Shown: positions 12,831 through 26,335, counted from the stretch's first letter. The stretch: 64,000 nt of DNA from Chiloscyllium plagiosum (GCF_004010195.1 NC_057749.1:22887886-22951885), one strand, 5' to 3'. Numbers and translations: made by a program. Notes: generated by a model not told the origin, from the letters alone.

Positions 12831-13009
12831 CCTCAGAGAAGGAAAACTCCCATCCCTAGCTGGTAAGAGCTCCATGTGACTCCAGATCCACAGCAATGGA
12901 TTTAACTCTCAACAGCTGCCCTCTGAAATGCCAAGCAAGGAACTCACATCAAGGATAATTAGGAATAGAGAGCAAATGCCAGTGAAACCTACAACTCATG
13001 GAACTGTGA

Positions 13010-14110
13010 GGAGCAAGTTCTTTTACACAGGGAGTGGTAGGTGTCAGGGTAGTGTTGGAGGCAGATTCTAATCTAATCTTTAAAAAAAAAACTTAATGGA
13101 ACAACGGGACATCCTGTGGGGTGACACCAAGAATAGAGGACTCAGTGACTGCCAGGTTATAAAATAGCCCAGATGTTAAACACAGGGAGAATGAGAACAA
13201 GATAAGATGTCTCTGTTGAAATACAAGATAGAATTGGAATAGAAATAATAGGCAAATCCCAGGAATTCCTGTGGAGAAGTAAATTTGTACTTGAAGTATG
13301 ATTTTCTCAAAGCGATGAATTTCTCAAAGTAGGGAGGCAGAGCCTTTGAAATGAAGTGTGAAGAGAATTCTGAGGCAAAGGATAATAATAAATTGGAACA
13401 AATCATAACATAAAATATAAAAGCAGAATTAGGCTATTTGGCCCATCAAGTCTGCTGTGCCATTTGATCATGACTGAGGTGGGAACAAACACAATTTTGA
13501 AGAAGCATTTAGATGAACACATGAAATGCCATAACATAAAAGGTCAAGGGTCAAGAGCCATGAGTTGGAAAGTGGGACTAGAGTAGGTAGATGCGGATAT
13601 TTGGTAAATTGATGACCACTGCAGACTCAGTGGGATGAAGGACCTCTTCCTTTACTGTAAAACTATAACTCTAAATACAAAGTAATTCATTTTGGTTGGT
13701 AGATCATAGACGATATATTAAAAAGGTACAATTCTAAAGGGAATTCAGTAGCAGTGGGACCTGGATGAGAATGCACATAAATCATTGAAGGTGGCAGGCC
13801 AGGTAGAGTGTAGTTAATAAATCATACAGCATTCTGAGCTTTATCAATAGGGGCATAGAGTAGAAAATCAAGGAGGCTATGCTAAGTTTTTATGTGACAG
13901 TGGTTTAGCCTCAACTTTTATTATTTTTTTAGAAGGTTGTGAAACTACCGAAGGGATGAGATCCATCAGAATAGTTCCTGTACTGAGAGGTTTTAGCTAA
14001 CTGGAGACATTGAGACTGTTCTCCTGGGGAAGTGAAGGTTGGCAGGAGATTTGATCAAGTATTCAAGAATATGAGGGGATGGTCCCGAGTAGATAGAGAG
14101 AAACTGAGGG
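13010..14110 (+). mobile_element. Cluster of old CR1 fragments
   Basis: Degenerate CR1 3' motifs (ttcttttacacagggagtggtagg; gggacctgg..cacataaatcattgaaggtggcagg). Confidence 0.55.
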
Positions 14111-14111
14111 C

Positions 14112-14583
14112 ATAGAATCCTTACAGTGTGAAAGCAGGCCATTTAGCCAGTCAAGTCTACACCGACCCTGCGAAGAGCACCCCACCCAGACCTAGCACCC
14201 TATCCTATTTCTGTAACCCTGCATTTCCCACGGCTAATCCACCTAACCAGCACATCAATGGAATTCAAAGATTAGATTAGATTACTTACAGCGTGGAAAC
14301 AGGCCCTTCGGCCCAACAAGTCCACACCGACCCGCCAAAGCGCAACCCACCCATTCCCTTTCATTTACTCCTTTACCTTACACTACGGGGAATTTAGCAT
14401 GGCCAATTCGCCTAACCTGCACATCTTTGGACTGTGGGAGGAAACTGGAGGACCTGGAGGAAACCCACGCAGACACGGGGAGAATGTGCAAACTCCACAC
14501 AGTCAGTCGCTTGAGTTGGGAATTGAACCCGGGTCTCTGGCGCTGTGAGGCAGCAGTGCTAACCACTGTGCCACTGTGCCGCC
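14112..14583 (-). mobile_element. Two HE1/V-SINEs (young copy 14271-14583 nested in or adjacent to an older copy)
   Basis: attagattagattac tail, V-domain, tRNA head aattgaacccggg..gcagtgctaaccactgtgcc. Confidence 0.9.
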
Positions 14584-14944
14584 TAAGGAAACATAGCATG
14601 GTCAATCTACCAAGCCTGTACATCACGGGACACTACAGGCAACGCCAGTCTGATGCCAACAGCTCTAATTACGTTGTCATTGGAATTATGGAATGGTTTT
14701 TGTATATAAGGAGGCCAATCAGCCCATCTTGTCCCATGCGGGTTCTCTGGAAGTACAAATCATTAGTCCCACTTCTTTTCCTCAAGCTTCTTTTCTCTCC
14801 AACTGCCTCTCCGAATCTTTTTTGAAAGCCATTGCTGAATCTGGCAATGCATTCCAGATCTGAACCATTCGCCATGTAAGGAAGTTTTTTTTTAAATGCA
14901 CTTCCCCATTGTTTCTTTACTATTCAGCCTTTTTAAAAAAAAAA

Positions 14945-15258
14945 ATAGAACCCCTACAGCGTGGAAACAGGCCTTTATGCCAAACACATCCACACCCGTG
15001 CTCCAAAGACCATCACACCCAGACCCATTCCCTACACTATTACTCAACATTTACCCCTGACTAATGTACCTAACTTACACATCCCTGAACACAATGGGCA
15101 ACTTAGCTTGGCCAATCCACCTAAACTGAACATCTCTGGATCGTGAGAGGAAGTCAGAGCACCAGAGAAAACCCACACAGACAGTCACCCAAGGCTGGAA
15201 TCAAACCCAGGTCCCTGGCGCTGTGAGGCAACAGTGCTAACCACTGAGCCACCATGTC
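14945..15258 (-). mobile_element. HE1/V-SINE
   Basis: Same consensus as the other HE1 copies. Confidence 0.85.
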
Positions 15259-15794
15259 GTCCATTGTGTTCACCTCTGCTTCTTGATACTTTTGCTCACA
15301 GGGACAGATTCCGTCTGTCGAGTCTGTCTGAAAGCTTTGCAATTACAAACATCTCTTATCAAATTTCCTTGCAATCTTCATTGAGAAGAACCCCAGCATT
15401 TCCAATTGATCCAGATAACGTAAGTCCCTCATCCCTGGAGCTGTTCATGGGAATCATTGGGAAGTTTTGGAGAGACACACACACACGCCTTTGTAATTTT
15501 TGGTTCCCTAACGAAACACAAATTGAACTTCCTTCTTTTTGTATTGCACATCTCTACCTGTGCAAGGAAGGTCCAACATACTTTTTTTAAACTGCATCCT
15601 CAACCTGACCTACAATCATTTGTGCATATCCATCTCCAAATCCCTCTATGCCCGGACCCCTTTACAATTGGATCCTTTATTTTGTATTCTTCTCCCAAAT
15701 GCAAAGTATTATTTCACACTTTCCTGCATTAAAATTTCATCCACCCATCCCACCAGCCTCACAATGTCCCCTCATAACTTTTCCCCAAGTTCAC

Positions 15795-16060
15795 TGGTGG
15801 CACAGTGGTGAGCACTGCTACCTCACAGCGCCAGGTCCCAGGTTCAGTTCCAACCTCAGGCGACTGTGTGGAGTTTGCACATTCTCTCTGTGTCTGCGCA
15901 GGCTTTCTCCCACAGTCCAAAGATGTGCAGGTTAGCTGGATTAGTCATGAGAAATACGGGGATAGGGTGGGTTGGGTCTGGGGTTGGAGTGCTCTTAGGA
16001 GTGTCAGTGTGGATTTGATCGGCTGAATGTCTGTCTTCCACGCTGCAGGAATTCTATGAT
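15795..16060 (+). mobile_element. HE1/V-SINE
   Basis: ggtggcacagtggtgagcactgc A-box head; tgtgtggagtttgcacattctc V-domain. Confidence 0.85.
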
Positions 16061-16744
16061 TCACTATATTTCCAAGCACTGGAACGTTGACAAACTTTGA
16101 AATTGGGCCATACTCACTCTTGTCAAGGTCACTAACACAAGTGAAGAAAATCAGTGATCCTTGCACTGCTCCCTGCGGAGGAGTCTCATTTATTGTTATT
16201 CTCCTGTCAAAAATCAAGCATGCCCATACACATTCCGTTCCCTGTCACTCAGCCAACCTTGTATCCATAGGCAGACTCTTCCAAAACTCTTTATGGAGAG
16301 AGGAATGGTTGGCGGGTGAAATTAATCAGGCAAGACCCAAAAAGAGAATCAGATTCTTTCCATTGAGATAAATGTCAGCAATTGAACTCTTCCCATTCAG
16401 CTGAGGTGAAGTAACATATTGCCAGGTGGCAGGAGGCCTACCTGTCTATACTTGTGACTCAGAAATGCCAGAACTTGCTGCACTTAACTCCCCTTCTATC
16501 CCACATCGAAGACCTCAATGATTCAGAAACTCAGCAGAAAAGAAGAGGCAGAGCTATTGAGTTGACATCTTTATCCACGTGGGAGTTAGTACATGCTATT
16601 CTCACTGGCATGGATTTATTTGATGTTTACTGCCAGGTCTCCAATCACAGTTCTCCAGGCATGTGGGCCAAGGCAGCCTGTGCCCTTGGGCCATCTCACC
16701 ACCCCATTTGGCACACCCACCAGATTGGGGCAGCTAATGGCCAA

Positions 16745-16930
16745 AGTCGACAGTTTGGTGCTGGAAAAGCACAGCAGGTCAGGCAGCATCCTAGGAGCAG
16801 GAGAATCAACATTTTGGGCATAAGCCTGATTCCTGATGAAGGGCCTACGCCCGAAAAGTTGATTCCTGACCTGCTGTGCTTTTCCAGTACCACACGCTTG
16901 ACTCTGATCGGCAGTCCTCACTTTCTCCTA
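16745..16930. mobile_element. Palindromic Penelope pLTR pair with hammerhead core
   Basis: gtgctggaaaagcacagcaggtcagg / cctgacctgctgtgcttttccagtac arms; CTGATGA-a-GGGCctacGCCC-GAAA at 16833-16856. Confidence 0.75.
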
Positions 16931-17069
16931 GCTAATGGCTGAAGGGCAAGTTTTCATACAAATGGGAGTTCCTTATGTTGGTACCACATAGAGCTGTGAA
17001 AGCAGGAAACAGGGAAAGGCACTTACTGACTGGGAAGGAACCACAGAAGCAGTGAAGGGATGAAGGATA

Positions 17070-17715
17070 AGACCACAAGACAAAGGAGCAGAAGTAGGCC
17101 ATTCAGCCCATTGAGCTCAGCTCCACCATTCAATCACATCATAGCTAAGCAAGAGTAGGCCATTTGGCCCATCGAGCCTGCTCCCCCAGTCATTAAGATC
17201 ATGGCTGATCTATCCATCGTCTCAGCTCTTCCTACTTGCATTATACCCATAATCCTTCATTCCCCGACCATACAAAAACCCTTCCAACTGTGTCTTGAGT
17301 ATATTAATGAAGCTGTCCCTACTGCTTCCTTGGGCAGAGAATTCCACACATTCACTACTCTCTGAGAAAAGCAGTTTCACCTCACCTCTGTCTGGAATCC
17401 ACTCCCCCTAATCTTGAGGCCATGTCCCCTAATCCTAGCCTCACCCACCAGTGGAAACAACTTGCCTGCCTCTATTTTTTCTATCCCTTTCATAATTTTA
17501 TATGTTTATATCAGATCCCCTCCAATTCTTCTAAATTCTAGCAAGTACGGTCTCAGGCAGCACAACATCTCCTCATGGGGTAACTCCCTCATCTCCAGAA
17601 TTAACCTGATGACCCCTCCTCTGCACCATCTCCAAAGCCAGCATATCCTTCCTCGAGTAAAGAGATCAGAACTGCGCACAATACTCCAGGTGCAGCCTCA
17701 CCAATACCTTATATA
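17070..17715 (-). mobile_element. CR1 LINE 3' portion
   Basis: aggccattcagccc 3' UTR motifs; cagaactgcgcacaatactccaggtg encodes HLEYCAQF on the minus strand. Confidence 0.8.
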
Positions 17716-17769
17716 TCCTCGAGTTCACTTTACTGTCTTTTCCCAAAAACCCTTGAGATTCCCTTACGG

Positions 17770-19270
17770 ATGCAAAATCCATCTGTTAGCCAGGAGAGGT
17801 CAGGGGAAGAGGAAGCTCCAGGAATGTCTGGGTGTTTTAGGCCTGGGGTGGGAGCAGATTGGTGAAGGTGCTGTCCAGGGTGTAATCCATGCTGAGGCTG
17901 AATGCGAGAACAAGTGGAGGAGGCAAATGGTGGATGGAGACTGTGCAGGTCTCTCGCAGGACTGAGACACTTAATGGCAAGGTCCTGGGGACCTTGCTGA
18001 ACAAAGAGACCTTGGAGTGCAGGTTCACAGTTCCTTGAAAGTGGAATCACAGGTAGATAGGATAGTGAAGAAGGTGTTTGGTATGCTTTCTTTTATTGGT
18101 CAGAGTATTGAGTACAGGGGTTGGGAGGTCATGTTGCGGCTGTACAGGACATTGGTTAGGCCACTGTTGGAATATTGCGTGCAATTCTGGTCTCCTTCCT
18201 ATCGGAAAGATGTTGTGAAACTCGGAAGGGTTCAGAAAAGATTTGCAAGGATGTTGCCAGGGTTGGAGGATTTGAGCTACAGGGAGAGGCTGAACAGGCT
18301 GGGACTGTGTTTCCCTGGAGCATCAGAGGCTGAGGGGTGACTTTATAGAGGTTTATAAAATCATGAGGGGCATGGACAGGGTGAATAGATAAAGTTTTTT
18401 CCCTGGGGTGGGGGAGTCCAGAACTAGAGGGCATAGGTTTACCCTATTGTTCACCCTCATAGGGTGAGAGGGCAAAAATATAAAAGAGACCCAAGAGGCA
18501 ACATTTTCAAGTAGAGGGTGGTGCGTGTATGGAATGAACTGCGAGAGGAAGTGGTGGAGGCTAGTACAATTGCAACATTCAAACGTATTTGGATGGGTAT
18601 ATGAATAGGAAGGGTTTGGAGGGATATGGGCCAGGTGCTGGCAAAGGGGACTGGATTGGGTTAGGGTATCTGGTCGGCATGGATCGAAGGGTCTGTTTCC
18701 GTGCTGTACATCTCTATGACTCTAAAAGTGGACAGTCTTCAGTCTATCCTAATGGGGCTGGACATCCACAGGGCTTAGATATCCATGGTGAAGAGGAGGA
18801 GGCTCGGACCAGAAATCGTAGAGCCATCGTAAACATCAAAAGAATCACAAAGTAGATAGAGACTGAACAAAGGGGGAATATCACATTGAATTTGGAAGGA
18901 AAATGTCCAGTGGGGCAGGAAGAGGCTGAGATAATGAGTCTGCCAGTGCGTCCCTGTTTGTGATCTTGGGAAGAAGGCAGAAGCAGGCTGTGGGGGGGGT
19001 GGGGGAGCATGAGATGCAATGGTATCGAGGGAGATCTCCAGAGATCAGGTCCTGGAATGGACAACGTATCGTTCAATGGTAGGGTCACGATCCAGGGAGA
19101 GATAGGAAGAAGTGTCTGAGAGTTGGAACTCAGCCTCTGCCAGGTACAGTCTGACTGGCCAGGTGACAACAGCACCCTCCCTTATCAGCAGGTTTGCTCA
19201 TATGATCGGGGTTAGATCCGAGAGAATGGAGAGTAGCAAAGACAAGGGGAGACAGCTTAGACAGAGACAT
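17770..19270 (-). mobile_element. Decayed Penelope RT region split by a CR1 insertion
   Basis: Minus-strand similarity to 30105-31300 on both sides of the CR1 (DKGG, LLLPKIHK-like, FTMDI-like motifs). Confidence 0.6.
17966..18722 (+). mobile_element. CR1 LINE 3' portion
   Basis: QVHSSLKVESQVDRIVKK..LVRPLLEYCVQFWSPSYRKD; tail ctctatgactcta. Confidence 0.93.
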
Positions 19271-20024
19271 TAGAGTGGCTCCTATCAGATTGGAAAGTTT
19301 TTTGAAGAGATCAAGTGCAGATTAAAGGTAGAGAGAGTGGGTGTAGGTGCAGGGAGAGTTTTGGAGATGGATTAAAGGCTCCACGTGGCAGGGAGAGGAC
19401 TCCTGGCCAAAGTGGGTACAGAGACAAAAGCAACAGAAGAAATTCAATTTCAGTAGGCGATCAATTCAGATAGCTCTATGGAACCTTTCAGGCATCAAGG
19501 CCTAAATGCAGGTGGTCATGGGTTTTCAGTTCACTGAAGCCCATCATTTCATTAATTTATCCTTACAATGGTTTTTTTTGAATAAAGGCATAACATAAAT
19601 TCTTCAGCCCTCTGCATCTAAAGAGGATTGTAAAATTATGGCTGGTTATGGCATCCAAAATTTCGTCTTTACTTCCCTCAATAACTTTGGATGCATTCCA
19701 CACAATCCTGGTGACCGATCCACTTCAATTACAACCAGCCTTTTTAATCACTCTCCTTTATTGATTTTTAGCCCATCCAGTGTGTTCACTATCTCCTCTT
19801 TCATGATGTCCCCAAAAGCATCTTCTTCCTTGATGAAGCAAATTGCATTTGCTACTGTAGCCTCATTCTCTACCTCAATGTCTCTCCTTTATGGTCCACA
19901 GCTGGCTTCTCTTACTTTCTATATGCCTATAGGAGACTTTAGAATTTCCTTTGATGCTAGCTGCCAGATTTTCTTTACTCCAACTCTTCAATTCTCTCAT
20001 TTCCATTTTCACTTTCCCCAAGTT

Positions 20025-20410
20025 GTAGTTGTGTTGCCATAGTCTTACCAGACCATAGGGACTGCTCTCTCATTAGGGAGAGAAGCAACTGGTGGTGATT
20101 CAACCTGAGGGCCCACCAGACCTCAAGCAAGGGAAGAGGTTGAGGAGAGATTGAGGATTCCTGATGAAGGGCTTTTGCCTGAAACTTCAATTTTCTTGCC
20201 CCTCGGATGCTGCCTGACCTGCTGTGCTTTTCCAGCAACACTCTAATCTAGACTCTGGTTTCCAGCATCTGCAGTCCTCACTTTTGCCTAAGAAGTTGAG
20301 GAGAGTCTTTCATGGTAACCTCAAACTGGTGATGGGAATTGAACTCATGCTGTTGGCATCACACCACTCTGTAAGCCAATGACCCAATCAATGGAGCTAA
20401 ACCGATGCCC
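20025..20410 (-). mobile_element. Unclassified tRNA-derived SINE (also at 23840-24040 and 58525-58715), interrupted by a Penelope pLTR at 20150-20294
   Basis: Shared gaccatagggctgctctctcatt..aacctgagggtcacc..gggaattgaacc; the pLTR is flanked by a duplicated gttgaggagag (20139-20149 and 20295-20305). Confidence 0.65.
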
Positions 20411-20477
20411 TGCCATTGTACATTCAACATTTCATTTGTTTTATCAACCTGACATCGCTCATGAGCACGTTTTATCT

Positions 20478-21083
20478 GATTTGGAGGAGCCGGTGTTGGA
20501 ATGGGGTGTACAAAGTTAAAAATCACACAACACCAGGTTATAGTCCAACAGGTTTATTTGGAAGCACTAGCTTTCAGAACACTGCTCCTTCATCAGGTGG
20601 TTGTGGAGTTGGACCATAAGATACAGAACTTATAGCAAAACGTTACGGTGTCATGTGGCTGAAATACATTAAACAAACTTAGCTTAAGTCTTTCATCTTT
20701 TAGACTGACTTTGCTGGTTCAGTTCCTTAATATGTAAATCCAAGGACTCTTTTTAAGTCACATTCTCAAGATAACTTCAGGTTTTCTTCAGATCTGAGAT
20801 GGCACATTTAGAAAACCTGAAATTATCTTGAGAATGTGACTTGAAAGGAGTTCTGGGATTTACATATTAAAGAACCAAAATGAGCAAAACCATTCTAAAA
20901 GATGAAAACTTAATCTAAGTTTGTTTAATATATTTCAACTACATGACACTGTACCTTTTGCGATAAATTCGGTGTCTTGCGGTCCTACTCCACAGCTACT
21001 TGATGAAGAATCAACGCTCCGAAAGCTAGTGCTTCCAAATAAACCTGTTGGACTATAACCTGGTGTTGTTTGATTTTTAACTT
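20478..21083. mobile_element. Fold-back Penelope-derived element, about 275-bp inverted arms
   Basis: 20513-20786 is the imperfect reverse complement of 20810-21083; a hammerhead core sits in each arm. Confidence 0.85.
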
Positions 21084-21459
21084 CTTATCTGCTTCATCTT
21101 ACTCACTTTTATCATATATATTATATATATATTCTATACATTTAGCATCCAGTGATTTCTAATTTTGCTTACACCCCCATATTGTGGGGGAATTGAATCT
21201 CCATTATATCCAAACCATTCCTCACCACAGAGAAAAAAAAAATGAAGTTATTACCAAGAAAAAGACCGGGCAATTGAAAGGCTTGATTGATCATTTGAGC
21301 TGCTTGGGCTCCAGACTAATCCAAATGCTGGTTTTGATTGACATTATATGATGAAGCACCTTAAAATCAATAATATTTTCAGGGTAAAGGAAAGGTTAGA
21401 AAAATTATACCCAGAAAATGCAGACTTCAGTGCCCATCCATAATAAATGAGTCCTTTTT

Positions 21460-22118
21460 AGTGACAAAATGTGTCTTTAAGAGGGGGTTTGTTCTGTCTT
21501 GTTTCTCTTGAAAAGCGGCATATTCCATCTGATGCTGAGGTGTCTGCTCCATGGAAAGCAGAAAAAAAAGTTTAGGGGTTTTTAAACAAATTAGACAGAA
21601 GAAGCATAAATGGGCAGAGTGATGCTCTCACAGACCCAGGGTTTTAGTTTTTGCTTTCAGTTATTGTAGTTGGGGTTTTTCAGAGCTGCTAGATGCAGCT
21701 CTCTCTGCTGCTGCTGCAAAAAACTTGAGTTCTCTCTGTGCTGCTCGATTCATTTTTTTGGTGTTTGTCCTCCTGATCTGGAGGAGATGACAAGTGAGGT
21801 TAATGTGTTTTGCTGAATTTGCCTTTGCCAAGGATGTGTTTATGGGATGCGCTATATTGGAGCAGTTGATGAGCATTAAATAATAAATTATTTTATTAAG
21901 CCTCTTAATAGAATTAACGTGATGCTAATTCTTCTTTTTGCATTTGTATTTTGACTGTAGTGTAAGAATAAAGTGTGTGTTTACTTAAAGCCTGGTCGTT
22001 TGGCAAATAAATCACCTCCGGAACACAGGACCTTACACTTGCCTTTAAATAAGATAAAATTTAGGGTTTAGGTTATCTCCTTGATATATTTTGAGGGGAT
22101 TCAATCTGGTCTATAACA
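21460..22118 (+). mobile_element. Solo LTR related to 11400-11995
   Basis: Shared gtgac..ctttaa start, gcctttgccaagg.tgtgtttatgggatg block, AATAAA, and ..ggtctataaca end. Confidence 0.7.
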
Positions 22119-22119
22119 T

Positions 22120-23061
22120 ATATGGATTTTAGTAAGGCGTTTGATAAGGTTCCCCATGGTAGACTACTGCAAAAAATACGGAGGTATGGCATTGAGGGTG
22201 AGTTGGAGGTTTGGATTAGGAGTTGGCTGGCTGGAAGAAGACAGAGGGTAGTAGTGGATGGNNNNNNNNNNNNNNNNNNNNNNNNNNNNNNNNNNNNNNN
22301 NNNNNNNNNNNNNNNNNNNNNNNNNNNNNNNNNNNNNNNNNNNNNNNNNNNNNNNNNNNNNNNNNNNNNNNNNNNNNNNNNNNNNNNNNNNNNNNNNNNN
22401 NNNNNNNNNNNNNNNNNNNNNNNNNNNNNNNNNNNNNNNNNNNNNNNNNNNNNNNNNNNNNNNNNNNNNNNNNNNNNNNNNNNNNNNNNNNNNNNNNNNN
22501 NNNNNNNNNNNNNNNNNNNNNNNNNNNNNNNNNNNNNNNNNNNNNNNNNNNNNNNNNNNNNNNNNNNNNNNNNNNNNNNNNNNNNNNNNNNNNNNNNNNN
22601 NNNNNNNNNNNNNNNNNNNNNNNNNNNNNNNNNNNNNNNAAGATCTTATGAGGAAAGGCTGAGGCACTTGGGTTGTTTTCATTGGAGAAAAGAAGGTTTA
22701 GGGGTGACTTGGTAGAGGTGTACAAGATGATTAGGGGTTTAGATAGGGTTGACCATGAGAACCTTTTTCCACGTATGGATTCAGCTATTACGAGGGGGCA
22801 TAGCTTTAAATTAAGGGGTGGCAGGTATAGGACAGATGTTGGGGGTAGGTTCTTTACTCAGCGAGTTGTGAGTTCATGGAATGCCCTGCCAGTTGCAGTG
22901 GTGGACTCTCCCTCTTTATGGGCATTTAAGCGGGCATTGGATAGGTATATGGAGGATAGTGGGCTAGTGTAGGTTAGGTGGGCTTGGATCGGCGCAACAT
23001 CGAGGGCCGAAGGGCCTGTACTGCGCTGTATTCTTCTATGTTCTATGTTTTATGTTCTATG
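22120..23061 (+). mobile_element. CR1 LINE spanning an assembly gap
   Basis: MDFSKAFDKVPHGRLL; RGDLVEVYKMIRG; (TTCTATG)n tail. Confidence 0.93.
22262..22639. other. Assembly gap (N run)
   Basis: 378 N. Confidence 1.
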
Positions 23062-24154
23062 CTTCCCATGCTAATCTTCCTACTATTTTATTGCAGCTGG
23101 TTACAAATTATTTCTGAACGGAAAACGTTGTCCTTCAGCTTGGGAGGCTAAGAAAATAATACAAGGCACATTTGTTCAAAACACCTTTCTGGCTAAAACT
23201 CAGGCTCTTGTACAGGCAATCCACTGTGTCAAAAAATATGAAGGGAGATTTTGCACACAGGCATACATAAACAACCATTATGATCATTGTGGGATAGTGT
23301 GCAAGCTGCAAAAAGTGTGAATAAGAAAACGTTACGGATGCCCTCGTTGGCTTGAAACAAATTCTGGAGTGAGGAAAACTCTCAAATTAAATTATTACAG
23401 GCAAGTCATCCTTTTACAAAAGCAAATGTGTTTATAAAGAAATCACCAGGGTTTATGGAGGGAGGGATATCTCAAAAGTTAATGCTTTGCATAAAATATG
23501 GAGTGTGCACGGTTTTGTTCAGTTTGTAATTTTGGCTGTAATGTGACCTCTCATTTTGATTGAAAGAGGGAAAAGGGAATCTATTAATTGAGTTTCATTC
23601 TGTGTGGGTGGTTGGCATTAACTGGGAAACTTACTGCTGCCTGTAAACAGACACAGACTCAAACTGTGGTTGTTGGGTTTGTTTATGTTTGCAATGTGTG
23701 CCTCTGTAAAGAAAGACTTTAAAAATGTGCAGGAAAGTTTCCGTTAGGTTATCTTCTCCAGCAGCTATTTCTTGTTCTGGATTATTAATAAAAAGGCTGT
23801 CAAAATGCCCCGCAAGAAAATGTAGCTGATTTCTAACAGGCAAAGTCACCACAGTCATAGCAGATCATAGGGCTGCTCTCTCATTGGAGAGAGACACCTG
23901 GTGGGGTTTAACCCCAGGGTCACCATGCCGCAGGTAAGGGGAGAGGTTGTAAAGGAGATTCCTTCATGGTAATTTCAGACAGTGTGGGAATTGAACCCAC
24001 ATTGTTGGCATAACGAATTGGTCACCCAACTAACTGACACCCCCTTCAATCTTACAGAGTATGTAGAGAAAGCTACAATGAATATCTAAAAATCAGGATC
24101 ATATCTGTGACACAGGCAGCGAGACCAGCATGTTTTCATCCAACATTATCCAAC

Positions 24155-24485
24155 TGGGCAGCACAGTAGCTCAGTGGCTAACTCTGCTGCCTGACAGCAT
24201 CAGGGACCTGGTTCAATTCCAGCCGAGGGCAACTACCGGAATGGAGTTTGCACATTCTCCCCATGTCTATGAGAGCTTTCTCTGGGTGCTCCAGTTGCCT
24301 CCCACAGTCCAAAGAAATGCAGGTTAGGGGAATTGGCCATGCTAAATTGCCCTTGGTGTTCAAGGATGGGTAGGCTAGGTGGGTTAGCCATTGGTAAGGT
24401 AGGGGACTGGGTCTGAGGGGGATGATCTCCAGATGGCCGGTGTGGACTCGATGGGCCTAATGGCTGCTTCCACGCTGTAGGGATT
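24155..24485 (+). mobile_element. HE1/V-SINE
   Basis: tRNA head, V-domain and CR1-like tail. Confidence 0.85.
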
Positions 24486-26335
24486 GCAAGCTTACAGGAC
24501 TGGTGTGGGAACATGGGACCAGTGTAGGCACAGACCCAAAGGGCAAGGGACCTCATCTGTCATGTATGATTCTGTGAACTGTCAAATGAGAGTCCAAGTC
24601 AGGTGTGTGTTTTTGTGGAATGTACTCATGGAGGTCCAATCCCTAAGAAAGAAGCAAGAACAGCAGGGCTGAACAAAAGCTGAATTTGTATTTCTGTAGC
24701 AAGTAAGTCATAGCAGGCATCCCAAAGAAATGTGCTGCCAATGAGAGAACTTCTGAACTAAGGAAGTGCGGAAGGTCCAGCAAAGAGCAACGAGCTAATG
24801 ATGAGATAATTTGTCTTTCATGGCACTAGTTGAGGGACAAATATTGGTCAGAACACCAAGGAGTATGTGCCTTGGATTTTCACATTCAAATGTTCTGGCA
24901 GCACAGTAGAGGGCAAGAATGTATGGAAAAGTCAATAATATGAGAAGCATTTTTGTCTGTGACACAGCTTACATAACTTGGCGGTCCATGGGTGTGATGA
25001 CCCATCTGTATTGTGCAGTTTTAAACCCACTAGTCAAATATATACTTAAGCAACTTAAGTTGCAACAGGAGGTGATCAGCTGCATTAGACTTTTACAACA
25101 GCCGCCTTGGATGTGCTGAGCTCCCAAGGGAATGTCAACTGTTGAAAAGAGTTGGCTGAGGAAGTGTGGTCACTACAGGTGGCACAAGAGATCAGTAGCA
25201 GAAGTGTGGCACCACCTCCTGGATACCATGTGAGAAGCAGCTCAAAGTCTCATAGCGAAAACTAGCTGAGAAGGATGGTGCGTTCACCTACATCTCAACC
25301 CCAGACCCCTAACTCTACATTCTCAAGCTGGCCCCAGTGCGTCACCTCTAGAGTCGATACAGGGCAGGAGGACAATCAGCCTCTCTGGAGAGCAATCGAG
25401 CGAGCCCAACTCCCACATTTTATCCTCATAGCCCGGCAAGGTAATTTCCTTCAAGTGACTTCCCTAATTTCATTTTGTAGTCATTAATCATCTCCACCTC
25501 CACCATTCTAGATGGCAGTGGCTTCCAAATCATTCTTATTCACGGCATAAAAATAAGATCTCTCTCATAGCACCCTGTCCACCTCCCACCACTGTCTCTG
25601 TATGTTTTGTCTTAATGTAGCCTGTGTTCCCTTGTCGTTTTATTATCAGCTAATGGGAACAACCCTTCTGTGTCTACCACATCAATGACTGCCATAGTTT
25701 CTAACAAACTATCCAACCCATGGTTTTCTCCAACCTAAACTTGAAGCTAAAATCCCTCATTTGTGGTAAATCCACCACTGTGTCATGGACTTCTGAAACC
25801 TGATAAAGAAACACATACATTTGTTCTTGTAGCACAGGAACTAGATGTGGATAATGTAGCACTGAAAGATTCAATTGGTGTTAACTACAGCTCCTAATAT
25901 ATACACATATTACAGACACAGGCACTTCGGTGTCTGGGCTAACACTAAGGCATGGAGTCACAAACAGTGAGCACACTTCCATCAACATGCCATGTTTCAG
26001 GTGGGTCCTAGCAAAGATGGAGTTGGAGACCTTTATATTCTTGGGTCACATACTGTGAATCAGTGACGAGCATGTCTCTTAAAGTGATGTTGACTTACGA
26101 GCTGTGAGACAGAACACAACATTCTTCCCTTTCTGAAGAAAAATAAATATCACAAACAGATATGTAATAACCACATGTTGTTCAACTTGATAACTATACA
26201 AATGGGGAACAAGATTAATAATTCAAATTTCAATATAATGCTTTGGAGACAACTGATCTGGCGATTGTACATACCATCTGAAGGAGTATGTGTGATTCTC
26301 TGTTACATGTATTTGACAACTTGGTGTCTTTCTTT

